From Squalus acanthias (Eukaryota): DNA of 64,000 nt. The notes under the pieces are model-generated. The model was given only the letters and a program-made list of their open reading frames with translations. It had not been told where the DNA came from and ran no database searches. Shown one piece after another: positions 53,655 through 64,000 of this stretch. Where the stretch lies: assembly GCA_030390025.1 (NCBI GenBank), contig CM059446.1, positions 13,578,001 to 13,642,000 on the forward strand, written 5' to 3'. Made by a program: the position numbers and the translations under genes. Within the stretch, counting starts at the first letter, position 1, and each line of letters starts with the position of its first letter.

Positions 53655-54640
53655 ACCTTTTCTCCTCTGGGACTTGGGTTCAAATCCTGACGGGGCGAAA
53701 GAACTCCTCTCTCCATTGACTGTAAGAGTTCTACATGAAGTCAGCCTGGATAGTTACAGCATGGTCGGCAATACAAAACTGCTCCAAACTGACACTGAAT
53801 TGGCAATCTTACTGAGCCTTGCAGCTGGCTGGTGTGAGAAAATGAGCAATTCACAGTGGTTCAGTGGGGGGCTTTGAGGTTGGGATTACATCATTGTGGC
53901 GTAGTAGAGAGACCATTACTATGCATTTAGTCATTACCGTACGTGGCCTGGCAGTTCTTGATGCTGACACTGGGTGAGAAATGCGTCCCATTCCTTAGCT
54001 CTAATCTCATTCATTCACATATAACAATGTGCATTCATATAACGCCTTTAACATAGTAAAACCTCCCAAGGCGCTTCACAGGAGCGTTATCAGACAAAAT
54101 TTGACACCGAGCCGCATAAAATGATATTAGGACAGGTGACCAAAAGCTTGGTCAAAGAGGTAGGTTTTAAGGAGCGTCTTAAAGGAGGGTAGAGGGGTAC
54201 ATTCACCAAAACTGTATTTTGTAATAAATAGAAAGAGCAGTGGCAGTCTGGTTGGTGAGATATATATTTTCACCTCTGAGTCCTGCGTTCAATTCCAGCA
54301 CAGACAGATGGGAATGAAAGTCTCTTCTCTGTGTTCTATGTGAAATGAATTTAGACAGTCATAACTTGGTTCCCAGTGGACATGGGCCCACAACAGAACA
54401 CAGGTACTATCTTGGTTCAAGTGCCAGTCTTAAAGAGGCCACAATTATGGATAGTGTTAGACATACCAGCCCTGCCTCTCACTGGTGCAGGAGGGAGTGT
54501 TCTTCTACTATAACGTTTGAAGTTAAGCACGTTGTTAGGCAAGAGTAGAGAGAGAGCTTCACTCTGCATCTACAGTTGACCCGGTTAATGCTGATATTGG
54601 GCGCCAGGTAAAAATGTTCCATTCCCCAGCAGTTAGTATC
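53655..54640 (+). mobile_element. Two old tRNA-headed SINE remnants (possibly LF-SINE-like), separated by an L2 tail on the - strand (54030-54195)
   Basis: Heads CCTCTGGGACTTGGGTTCAAATCC and CACCTCTGAGTCCTGCGTTCAATTCC are mutually similar; family assignment from memory. Confidence 0.5.
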
Positions 54641-55469
54641 CCCCACACTGATGAGCAGAAAAATTCCACATTTTGAAAGAGCAACAAGGATGATTGAGGC
54701 CTTAGGGCTGCGAGTTACGAAAAGTGACTCTCCAACTGAACTTGTCATTGGAGAAATAAGTTCAGGAGAGGATCCAGATCTTTAAAATGCTGATAGCCAT
54801 GGATAATGTAGATGTAAGCAGGTTATTTAACTTGGACGGTGAGCGCAGAACTACAGGAAATGAGAACAGAATTAACAAGCCTCGGGCAGGACTAAGGATT
54901 AGAATGTTCCTTCCCCCACAGAGTAGTGTGGATATTGGAACAGACTCTAGCAAAAGCAGTTCAGGCTGTGCTGATTAATTCCTTTAAAAGGAGCAGCTAC
55001 ATATCTGGTTAAAGGTAGAGCTGAAGATTATAATGATATGTGCAGACAGAGATGATCAATGACTTTAGGAAACACAATGGTTCTTGTGACACCGACACCA
55101 TGGAAACGTCATTGGTTGAAGGCAGCTGGTCGGGATTGAATAATGGTCCTTGTTAGGATGGATTGATATTCTGGAGTTTCAGTCAATTACCTTAGGGGGT
55201 CAGGGAGAAATTTCACACAACTATCCCTCAGGAGATTAAATATGTTGGGTAGAGCCCACGATAGCTCAAAGTGCGCATGGTCTGTGAAAGGAGCGGGATT
55301 GATGAGGCAAATGGCCTTTTCTGTTTTTGTGTGTTCTTGAATACACTTTTACTTCATTTGGAACAAAATGCCTCCCTCCCCCCCCCCCCCCCACCACCAC
55401 CACCAAACAATCGTATTACAGCTTGCTCAGGAATTTGGAACTTAAAGGCTGGCCATCAGTCACTGAACT

Positions 55470-55745
55470 TGCATACGCTGAGTAGCCATTGGCGGCCGTG
55501 CCTTCAGCTGCCTGGGTCCTAAGCTCTGCAATTCCCTCCCTAAACCTCTCCACTTCTCTTTCCTCCTTTAAGACGCTCCTTAAAACCTACCTCTTCGACC
55601 AAGCTTTTGGCCATCTGGCCTAACATCTCCATATACGGCTCGGTGACAAATTTTGGGGTTTCTTTGATAACGCTCCTGTGAAGCGCCTTGGGACGTTTTA
55701 TTATGTCAAAGGCGCTATATATATATGTACGTTGTTGTTGTTGTT
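55470..55745 (+). mobile_element. L2 LINE 3' end
   Basis: Matches 50750-51012. Confidence 0.85.
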
Positions 55746-55836
55746 TAAGACATTATACTGTCTTTCTCCATCAGAATAAGCCACCTTTGGAGATTAGTAG
55801 AAAATGTGGCACTGCAGTCTTGAGCAAATCCATTAA

Positions 55837-55947
<111 letters not shown>

Positions 55948-58028
55948 TAATAACTTCATCATCTTTCCGTCAGTACCTTTGTTATTACTGATTCTAATTT
56001 GAAACCAATGTACACCTTGAATGCATTAAATTGGTCAGGTTTTTGTGTCAGCAGTGTATGGATAGAGGTGAAGGGCATCAAATGTTTTCAGTTATTAGCT
56101 TGTCACTGAAGATCAGAGATGGAGTACAGTATAGTAGTTAAACCTCCATTTACTCACCCTGTAGACATTGTATATAAACAACACACTATAAATGTCTGTT
56201 ATCCAACAGCAACACACTCATTTTAAACAGTTCAAGTGTACAGGCAGACATTCTATTGCAGCTCTACCATTAATTATAGGCCCCATTTGGCAGAGTTTGG
56301 TTCAACAGCCATAAAGTTTGTTGCAGAATATAAACCTCTTATATAAGATGTGGATGGAGGTCAGTGTATGTGGAAACTCAACTCTTAATAATTATTGGAA
56401 GTCGACCCTTTATGCTGTAAAAAGCAATGTGGTTTTTATAGACTCCTGTAAACAGTTAAATTATCATTTTAAGGCAAAACGTATTGAATGATTTTATTTG
56501 TAATGTGCATTGGAATGGACAGAACTTGGTTCCCCACTGTCATTTTTCAAAGGGAGCAACTCTCCATTTTAAGATTTTCCTCCGTGCCACGTGTTCTCTG
56601 CAGCCGATATGGTGGATCAATGACCTGTTCCAATGCTACCCTAAAATCGGCCAACCAAACGTGACTGTGGGATGGCTCGCTTTGACTTATCTTCCCACTT
56701 ACCCAATGGCATAGTGCCTGGCTTCTGTTGGGCACCTGCCCGTAACAATGCGACTGCGCCACCAGTGCCCTTCACCAACTCTTTTAACCTACTCGAATAA
56801 GTACGGCAAGAGAAATTAAATGGAGAGCAACATTTTTCAGGCTGTATGAAAGGAAGTTTAATTACCTGAAAGGGAAGGCAGGTTTAGATTAACACTATGC
56901 CATTAATACATAATGGCAAATCTGGGAAAATTAATGAATACTGCAGATTGGGGAGCGAAAAATAATTAGCATTAATGTGATTAAGCTGCACGCAAAAAAT
57001 TAAAAATATACTTGGAGAATAACGGCGTGCCGAAAATGAGGAGTCCAAATTTCACTCTATTAATGATGTGATGTAGAACAGATGTATAAATAAAATGACA
57101 TGATTAGTGAGGCTGAAGAAAGAGCTTGTCAGAACTAAACTGCCGCTGTTTGAATACTCTAGAGGTAATGCTCCAAGTCAGCTGGAAAAACAAAGACAAA
57201 TCCTTGCCAAATGCATTGTATTTCACAGCCCATAATGGTGGAGCATGCAATATGCAATAGTTGAGTACAGGACCAAAAATACAGGGATTTTTTTTTGTGA
57301 TTAAAGACACACATCTTAGTAGTTGTTGTCACATTTCGAATGAGATTCCAGCAGATTTATCATTACATTGGCATTAGTCATGTCACATTGTTAACATATA
57401 CCTGACCTACTTAGCCACTTGTCCAAACCTTTTAGGCCCATTATTAATAATTTAAACAAAAAAAAAAACTTGGTGCATCCACAGAGGTCAAGAATAATTA
57501 AAGTGAGTAGCTTTATCTTTTTAAAAAAAAAAACCTGACTGCTTGAAAGCGCAACAAAAATTCAGCTTAAAAGTATCATTATTTTTTCATCGTAATCTAA
57601 ATTATTCAAAGAACGTTCCGGAATTTGCAAAGGAAATCTCTTCTAGGTGGGGTGGGGGGAGAGAGGGAGGGAGGGAGGGAGTGGAATCGCCATTTTAATT
57701 TGTTTTTTGAAGAGTTGTACGGGATGATTTGTTAGAGAAAATGTGCTAAAGTTTGGTATCGATCTGCATTTCTTCTGTGTGTATGAACTTATTTCTTAAG
57801 CGTTCACCCCTTCTAGGTTTGTCTCACTGTTGTAGAAAATGTAATGGGGGAACAGAGAAAACACAAAGCACAGTTACATATAGACCTTTTTCCGTGGAAC
57901 TCAGGCACATGAGAATCCATGTATGAAATGATTGCAAGTACCTTTTGATGATTGATGTATTTTTTAATTTATTTTTCTCCTTGCTGCCCTGGAACATGAA
58001 ACTCTATAATTTAACTGCACACTGGTAG

Positions 58029-58037
58029 TGATCTATT
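58029..58037 (+). CDS. KCNMA1: KCNMA1 alternative 9-nt IYF microexon, (L)IY(F/S)
   Basis: TAG|TGATCTATT|GTGAGT; phase 1/1; lies between the CGCKR exon and STREX as known for the IYF insert. Confidence 0.88.
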
Positions 58038-61000
58038 GTGAGTAAAAACGGGATCCCTGTTGCCCAGAGTGCGGTCCAACCTGTCTACCTTAAGCAAGAG
58101 ATTTTTATGTTGCATGTGTAGCAGTTACATCATACGTACACATCATCTTCAGCACTGCCCACAGATCACTTTGAATCTGTAGAAAATACAGCAGCCCTGT
58201 GGCATCAAAAAAAGCAGTTGCCTTAAAGGAAAGGGAGTGAGTGGAAAGTCAGCTTTGGAGTTTAGTGAGCGGGAGTCAAGTGTCCCTTTAAGTGGCCTAG
58301 GCACAGCAGAAGGAAGAAAGATAAAATGAACATTGCATTCATTCCCAAGCCTTCTTGCAAAGTTTCCAACTCCGCCCCCCCCCCCCCCCCCGCACTTGAG
58401 GTGCAAAAGAGTATGGTGACCATGCTGCCATTTTTTGTCACCAGGATGCTCTTTAAGCAACATGAGAAGTGGACGGTACAGATGGCCTCAGACACGAGGC
58501 AAAAAAAAACAACTGCCCTCTTCCTCCGGAGGCTTTGGCTAGACTGCAGGCCTGAGCATTGGCACAGCAGCGATTGTGGGATTGGTGTCGAGGACTGTCT
58601 ACATTATTGGTGCAGTGCAGCAAGACCAGGCGTTCCCATTGTGTGGCACTGGGTAAAGGCACTGGCCAGTATAGCACTCAGAGATGCAGGTGAAAAGGTC
58701 CCCAGATTTGGATGCCCAGTTTGTGCTGAGTTAGCACATCTCCGCCAAAACCGTAGCTGGAATGCTGCAGGCTGCCCTGGTATCCCCAGGCTAGGGAGGG
58801 GAAGCAACAGTCAAGGCCCCTGCTTCTAGCTGCTAATCCTTGACCCCCTGATAGAAAGTGTGCGTGTATAGCCGTCATATGAGGACTGGCCCATACATTT
58901 GAATAGTCTGTCAGCATTCATTAGTGAGTTAGTAAGGGGCTACTGGTACCTGCAAAATCATCCTCTAGCTAAAAGGAAAACCTTTAGGAGAGGAAGGAAG
59001 AGCATTTGAAATTTAAAAAATCTTTGAAGGAAACTGTGTAGGACATCGGCAGAAGGCTAAGATCTACCAAAAGGAATGTTTTGTTTGGGCATTTTATTTT
59101 TCAATCATTTTGAGGAATGTTTAAATCCAGTATAGGCAGACAGAGGAGGTAAGTCTCATTGGTCCCTGCATCAATAATCTAGATCAAACTGCCCAATCCA
59201 ACAGCTGATTTTACAAGTTAGCGAAAGAAACTAAAACCATTTTTAATCTTTATCTGACGAAAGAGCAGCCCCTGGCCCTGACACCCTCCCCCAGTTATAG
59301 AAACGTGGAGGTGGGAAACCTGTTAAAAGGCATTTGTTATTAGACTGCGGAAATCATTTGGGTTTCTCTCACCTTTTTGATAGTGCTGCCAATCTTCAGT
59401 TTAATGTCGCTGCTGTATTTTCACTGAACTGACCATCTTCTATGGGAAGCCCCACAAATTGAGAAACTATTATAAGGAGAAAAAGTTTATCAATGACCTA
59501 TCAAAACAATCTTCTTGTTCTTCCGTTATTATCCCACAACTCTTCATTCCATTTTTCTTTTTTTTATGCCAATAATCATCAATACTTCTCGAATTGAAAT
59601 GAATTTGCCACCATTTCAATTCTTCTCGATAGTTGGGCCCTTTTTTACTCACTACCCATGACTGGACCCTGACAGCTTCCACATTTTGCTGAGCATGGTG
59701 CTCTGTGATGTCCATCCACTAGATGTCCTCAGAGACCTTCTCATTCCTCCTCCTCTGGTCTCCAACAGCGCGCGATGTTTCAGCTTCTGCTGAACGACGA
59801 TTTTTAAAAAAAAATCACTTTTTATCAAAATGGCAGTATAAACATGTTTTTGCAAGGAATCCATATAGCAGTTTGTGTGTCGAGTTAGTGGACACGTCCT
59901 TCGTGTGTAGAACTACATGCATCTCATCAAAAACTAACATTTTCCAACATGTCATTGTCTGAAAGTGCTATTACTGTTTGCCTTTTATTTCCACAACGAA
60001 TGCAATGTATTTATTACAGCATGGATTTTTTTGAGAAACGAGCTAGACTGTTAATGTTTATGAATGCTTCAATCTTAATAACCTTTTTTGAATTTTTTTT
60101 GTTCTTTTTTTTTTCATTATTGCCAAGGTTGAAGCCTGTTTTTTTTTTATATATATATATATCAGCATGCTGTTATTTCGGCAGTTCTGCATGGACTCAG
60201 AAAGAGTTTCCTCAAGTCTTCCTTTCTTAAAAAAAAAACTCAGCACCCACATGTATTCTACACCATTCCCGTTGATTGGGAAGAATAATTTGGCTCAAGT
60301 ATTTGGTTTCGTTTCAAGAAACGAGATCAAAAAACGGTTCGTCTCCCTCAAGATTCCATCCCTTTTAAAGACTTGTCAGACTCAATTACTGTCACACTGA
60401 AAAGATTGGCATCATTCAAAGGAAGACAAGAGGCTGATGCTGCCCAGCATCACCAGCATTTATTAGGCTTTGATGCTACTTTCTCCATTGAAATACCAGT
60501 GCTAACCAAATAGCCTTGTTGCGTGCATTGAACAGGCTTAATGCTGCATGATATGATCAATCTTTTCTCAGCTACCGGATAACCTTAAAAAAAAAAAAAT
60601 TCTGCTGAAAATTGAGTGTTTTGCAACTAACCGCTATAAAGATTGCAGAGAAATGGGGATGCTACTGAAGATGCCTCTCATTCATCACCCTCCAGTGCCT
60701 TTTTTTTCCTCGATCATAGCGTGACCCTTGCTTGGCCAGTAATTCTGATATAAATGGCCTTAGGTCAGTGCTTGACTCAGTCGAGAGCTTTAAATATGTC
60801 CTTCATGTGGCATAATGGCTTGTTCAACCAAGGTTGATTTTGTTTTACTTGATATGAGAAACTTAAATTATTCCTCATTACCAGTACATTAGGTTTATTA
60901 TCAAATAATATGGTTTTATATTATTTATATTACAAATTTCATTGAACAAGTGAATCAATTAGCACAGTAACCATTTCAGCATCATGCGTGCTTGAAAGAA

Positions 61001-61520
61001 TTGGACCTGTATTTTATGTGCTACCTAAATTTTGACATGCTCATTAGCACAGTAGTAATTACGAGGAAAATGCTAATTATACCAAATTCTTGCCAGCACC
61101 ACATGCTTGTGCAAAAACAATGGAGAGCGGCAAAAAAAGACCAATCACTAAAATACAATTCCGTTTCTGTCAATTGCCTGCTTTGACTAAATTGTTTTAA
61201 AAGGGATATCGCGAACAGGTCTACAATTGAAATTCTCGCCACCTTCTTGTGTTCCTGTTGAACAGTAGCCCATGTGGCACTGGCTTGAAAATACCTAAGA
61301 ATGTTAATTGTATATTCAAAGTTATCTGCTGAACTCTTTCTTCTGAACTTTTAAAAATGACTTTTTGATCACTACTTTCATGAAATAGTCTTAGCTCTTC
61401 TTCCTTGTCAAGCCTGCTTACGTTACTAAGGCCTGTGTTAGATCCCTTGTTAATTCCTTCCAACTGCCAGACTGAATAACCTTGCCATTAACCTGCTCCT
61501 CTTCCTCTCCTTCCATCGAA

Positions 61521-61530
61521 AACATGATTA
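61521..61530 (+). promoter_or_regulatory. CaRRE1-like splicing element in the STREX 3' splice site (AACATGATTA)
   Basis: Sits between the polypyrimidine tract and AG like rodent CaRRE1 (CACATGGTTA, recalled); 8/10 match. Confidence 0.6.
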
Positions 61531-61533
61531 TAG

Positions 61534-61707
61534 CCAAGATGTCCATCTACAAGAGAATGAAACTCGCATGTTGTTTTGATTGCGGACGCTGTGAGCGTGA
61601 CTGCACTTGCATGTCAGACAGTGTACATAGTAACTTGGACACCCTTGAGAGAACCTTCCCACTTTCTTCTGTCTCTGTTAATGATTGCTCCACCAGTTTA
61701 CGTGCCT
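61534..61707 (+). CDS. KCNMA1: KCNMA1 STREX alternative exon: (P)KMSIYKRMKLACCFDCGRCERDCTCMSDSVHSNLDTLERTFPLSSVSVNDCSTSLRA
   Basis: TAG| acceptor, CCT|GTAAGT donor, 174 nt (58 codons), phase 1/1; recognisable STREX peptide. Confidence 0.96.
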
Positions 61708-63484
61708 GTAAGTTTAACACCATGCTGTTCCATGTCAGTCGTATGTGGGGTCGTCCCTTCTGTGTTGTATTCTGTGGTCCAGTAAGTTGTACTTTAGTAG
61801 CCACTGCTGCCTTGTTCATTGAGCTTCCTAGTGACGAAGTTGGCTATGTGTGCTTCGCTAGAACGTGGGTCTGCGCATTAGCATGGGAGACCCACAGTGC
61901 CGCTTTGATGTGGATGTTCTTGGTACAGTGTGGTATTGAAATTATTCCATGTCTTTAAATGTTATTCTGGATAAACTATGGAGAAGTGACTTCATTAAAG
62001 TTAAAGTACATGACTGGAGTTGGGGGTGGTGGTTAGGGCGGAGGGGGGGAATTTACTCTTGAGTTTAGCTGGTTTATTTCTAATTATTACTCTGTTTTAA
62101 GTTTATAAATGTTCTGTTATTATCTCTTTCTGTCACAAGTGCACAATACCCACAGTTACACGAGCCCAGAGCAGTGCCAATACCTCATGGCATAACAGAC
62201 TTGAACGCCCCACTCTTGTTGCTTGGAGCCACAGCATTCAATGTCAATCCAGTTTCCTATTGATGCCACAGCAATTAGTGGAGCTCATGCTCCAGATTAG
62301 TGTTAAGCTGGGAAATATGGAACCACTTTTGATATATAACCATGACACTGGAATTAAACCACGGAAGATCAAAAAAATCCGAAGGACCATTTGAGGGGGC
62401 GGGGCGGAAGGGATTTAAAACCCTTTAAAACCGGCAACAAACACTGACATCCCGTGTGTGTCCATAATTTAGCAACAAGTGGGCCAAATGAATGTAAAAT
62501 GCTCTGTAAAAATGGGAATTGAATGTCATGCCAGGTATCCTGTAGTCTTTAGGCAGTCATTGGGTCCTCTACCCTGGAACTTTAACTAGTTTTACACTGT
62601 GTGTTGGCAACTCCGCAGAAATTGGGAATTGAACTATTTGAGCCTGCTCTGTTGCTGGATGACAGGGCCCCGGTAAGAAGCAGTCATTCGCTCATCTTAT
62701 TTCATGGCATAATATTCTGTTTACACCTGGAGGTCACATTCAGTTTGAATCAAGTTGTTCTGAATTAAGCCAAGTTACTCAGCAATCACCCTCAGCTCTG
62801 CCTGGAGTTAGTTCACGGGTTTGAAATTACCAGCCTGATGCACAATGCCGTGGTGTTTTACTCAGGAGATCTTAACCTAGCTGTTCACAAAAGAGAGAGA
62901 CCCCAACTGCATTGCTTTGCGTCCAACTTTAAAGTGTTATTGGGAGGCAAGGGTGTTTACTCCAGCTTAGAATTGGAGCAAACCACTTCTGAACCTGCAG
63001 TGCAGATTCCAGTTGTAATCTGACCAGCTGAGTGTTGACGTTTAATTCGACAGTTATACCTGCACATATTGTATTGGTGCAAGGAAACGATGCAGAGATG
63101 TGCAGTATAACTCAATGTGTCAGTCACCCAAATTGAATTTAAGCAAGTGATGTGAAAACAACTCGTATCGCATGTATCCCTTTGTTTTCACGCTGGCGAC
63201 AGCATAATGGAAACTGCTGAAAACCTTCTCAGGCCTCCATTGTACTTTCCAAATATAGGTTTTAGCATTTTTAATTTTAGCAGACTGTTCACGAACATTA
63301 AAATGTAACCAGTGTTTGGACATGGTTGCACAGAGCTCTGCACCAATGTGTGTAGTGCTCTACTTTCCTTTACTAGAGGATGAGGAGGAGTCGGCAGTAT
63401 AACTCCGATCTGCATCACTACGAAGGGAGCAATCTCAAACTCCATTCCTCTAAACAGCTACCGATCTCAAACCACATCCCTGTA

Positions 63485-63840
63485 CAACAGCTTGCATTTA
63501 TATAGCGCCTTTAATGTAGAAAAATGCCCCAAGATGCTTCACAGATGGCTTGAGAAAAACAGACACTGAACTAAAGAAGGAGATGTTAGGATGGGTGACC
63601 AATAGCTTCATCGAAGAGCTGGGTTTTACAGAGGGTCTCAGTGGAGGAGAGGGACATGGAGAGGCAGAGGGGTTTAAAGAGAGAATTCCAGAGAGTGGAA
63701 GCCAGATGGCTGAAACAATGGCTGCCATTGCTAGAGCGAAGGGGGAGAGAGAGAGGATGCACAGGAGGATGGAGTGAGAGGAATGGAGGGTTCCGTGGAG
63801 GGTTTCGAAGGGCGTTGTGGAGCTGGAGGAGGTTATAGAG
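63485..63840 (-). mobile_element. Degenerate L2 3' end
   Basis: Reverse complement of the L2 tail (CTTGCATTTATATAGCGCCTTT). Confidence 0.75.
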
Positions 63841-64000
63841 AAAGAAAAAGAAAGACTTGCATTTCTACAGTTCCTTTCACGACCACCGGACGTCCCAAGC
63901 GCTTTACAGCCAATGAAGTACTTTTTGAAGTGTAGTCACTGTTGTAATGTGGGAAACGCAGCAGCCAATTTGCGCACAGCAAGCTCCCACAAACAGCAAT
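63841..64000 (-). mobile_element. Deu-SINE 3' end, truncated by the window edge
   Basis: Nearly identical to 30862-31020. Confidence 0.88.

Noticed and set aside
60720-60763. 44-nt pseudo-exon (CATAG|...TAG|GTCAGT)
   Set aside because: Frameshifting with an immediate stop, moderate sites only and no supporting homology
61482-61958. 158-aa ORF as a standalone gene
   Set aside because: Only 61534-61707 (STREX) is exon; the rest is intronic read-through
62156-62395. Possible homologue of the mammalian exon downstream of STREX (e22-type): CACAG| then an open phase-1 frame
   Set aside because: No recognisable peptide similarity and no convincing donor

Overview
Eukaryotic genomic DNA, most likely a shark or other cartilaginous fish, judged from Deu-domain SacSINE-like SINEs, HER1-like CR1 LINEs and L2 LINEs. 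The whole window lies inside KCNMA1 (BK/Slo1 Ca2+-activated K+ channel alpha subunit) on the + strand. It covers the RCK1 domain and the RCK1-RCK2 linker. I found five constitutive exons (7315-7470, 33441-33550, 39456-39524, 50339-50425, 55866-55942). I also found three alternative exons that the ORF track does not resolve as exons: a 12-nt microexon at the SRKR site encoding (R)GAK(R) (44695-44706), the 9-nt IYF microexon (58029-58037) and the 174-nt STREX exon (61534-61707). All have AG/GT boundaries and compatible phases. The introns are full of SINEs, CR1 and L2 fragments, a family of PIF/Harbinger-type elements from 49 bp to 1.7 kb, a 1.7-kb 22-bp minisatellite and a 20-bp GC-box/CSL-motif minisatellite. 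I see no convincing new protein-coding system. The most interesting signals are the divergent alternative-exon set and repeat-derived structures that could affect splicing (inverted repeat pairs and a transposon-borne poison pseudo-exon). Comparisons to mammalian sequences and repeat-family names are from memory and were not checked against a database.
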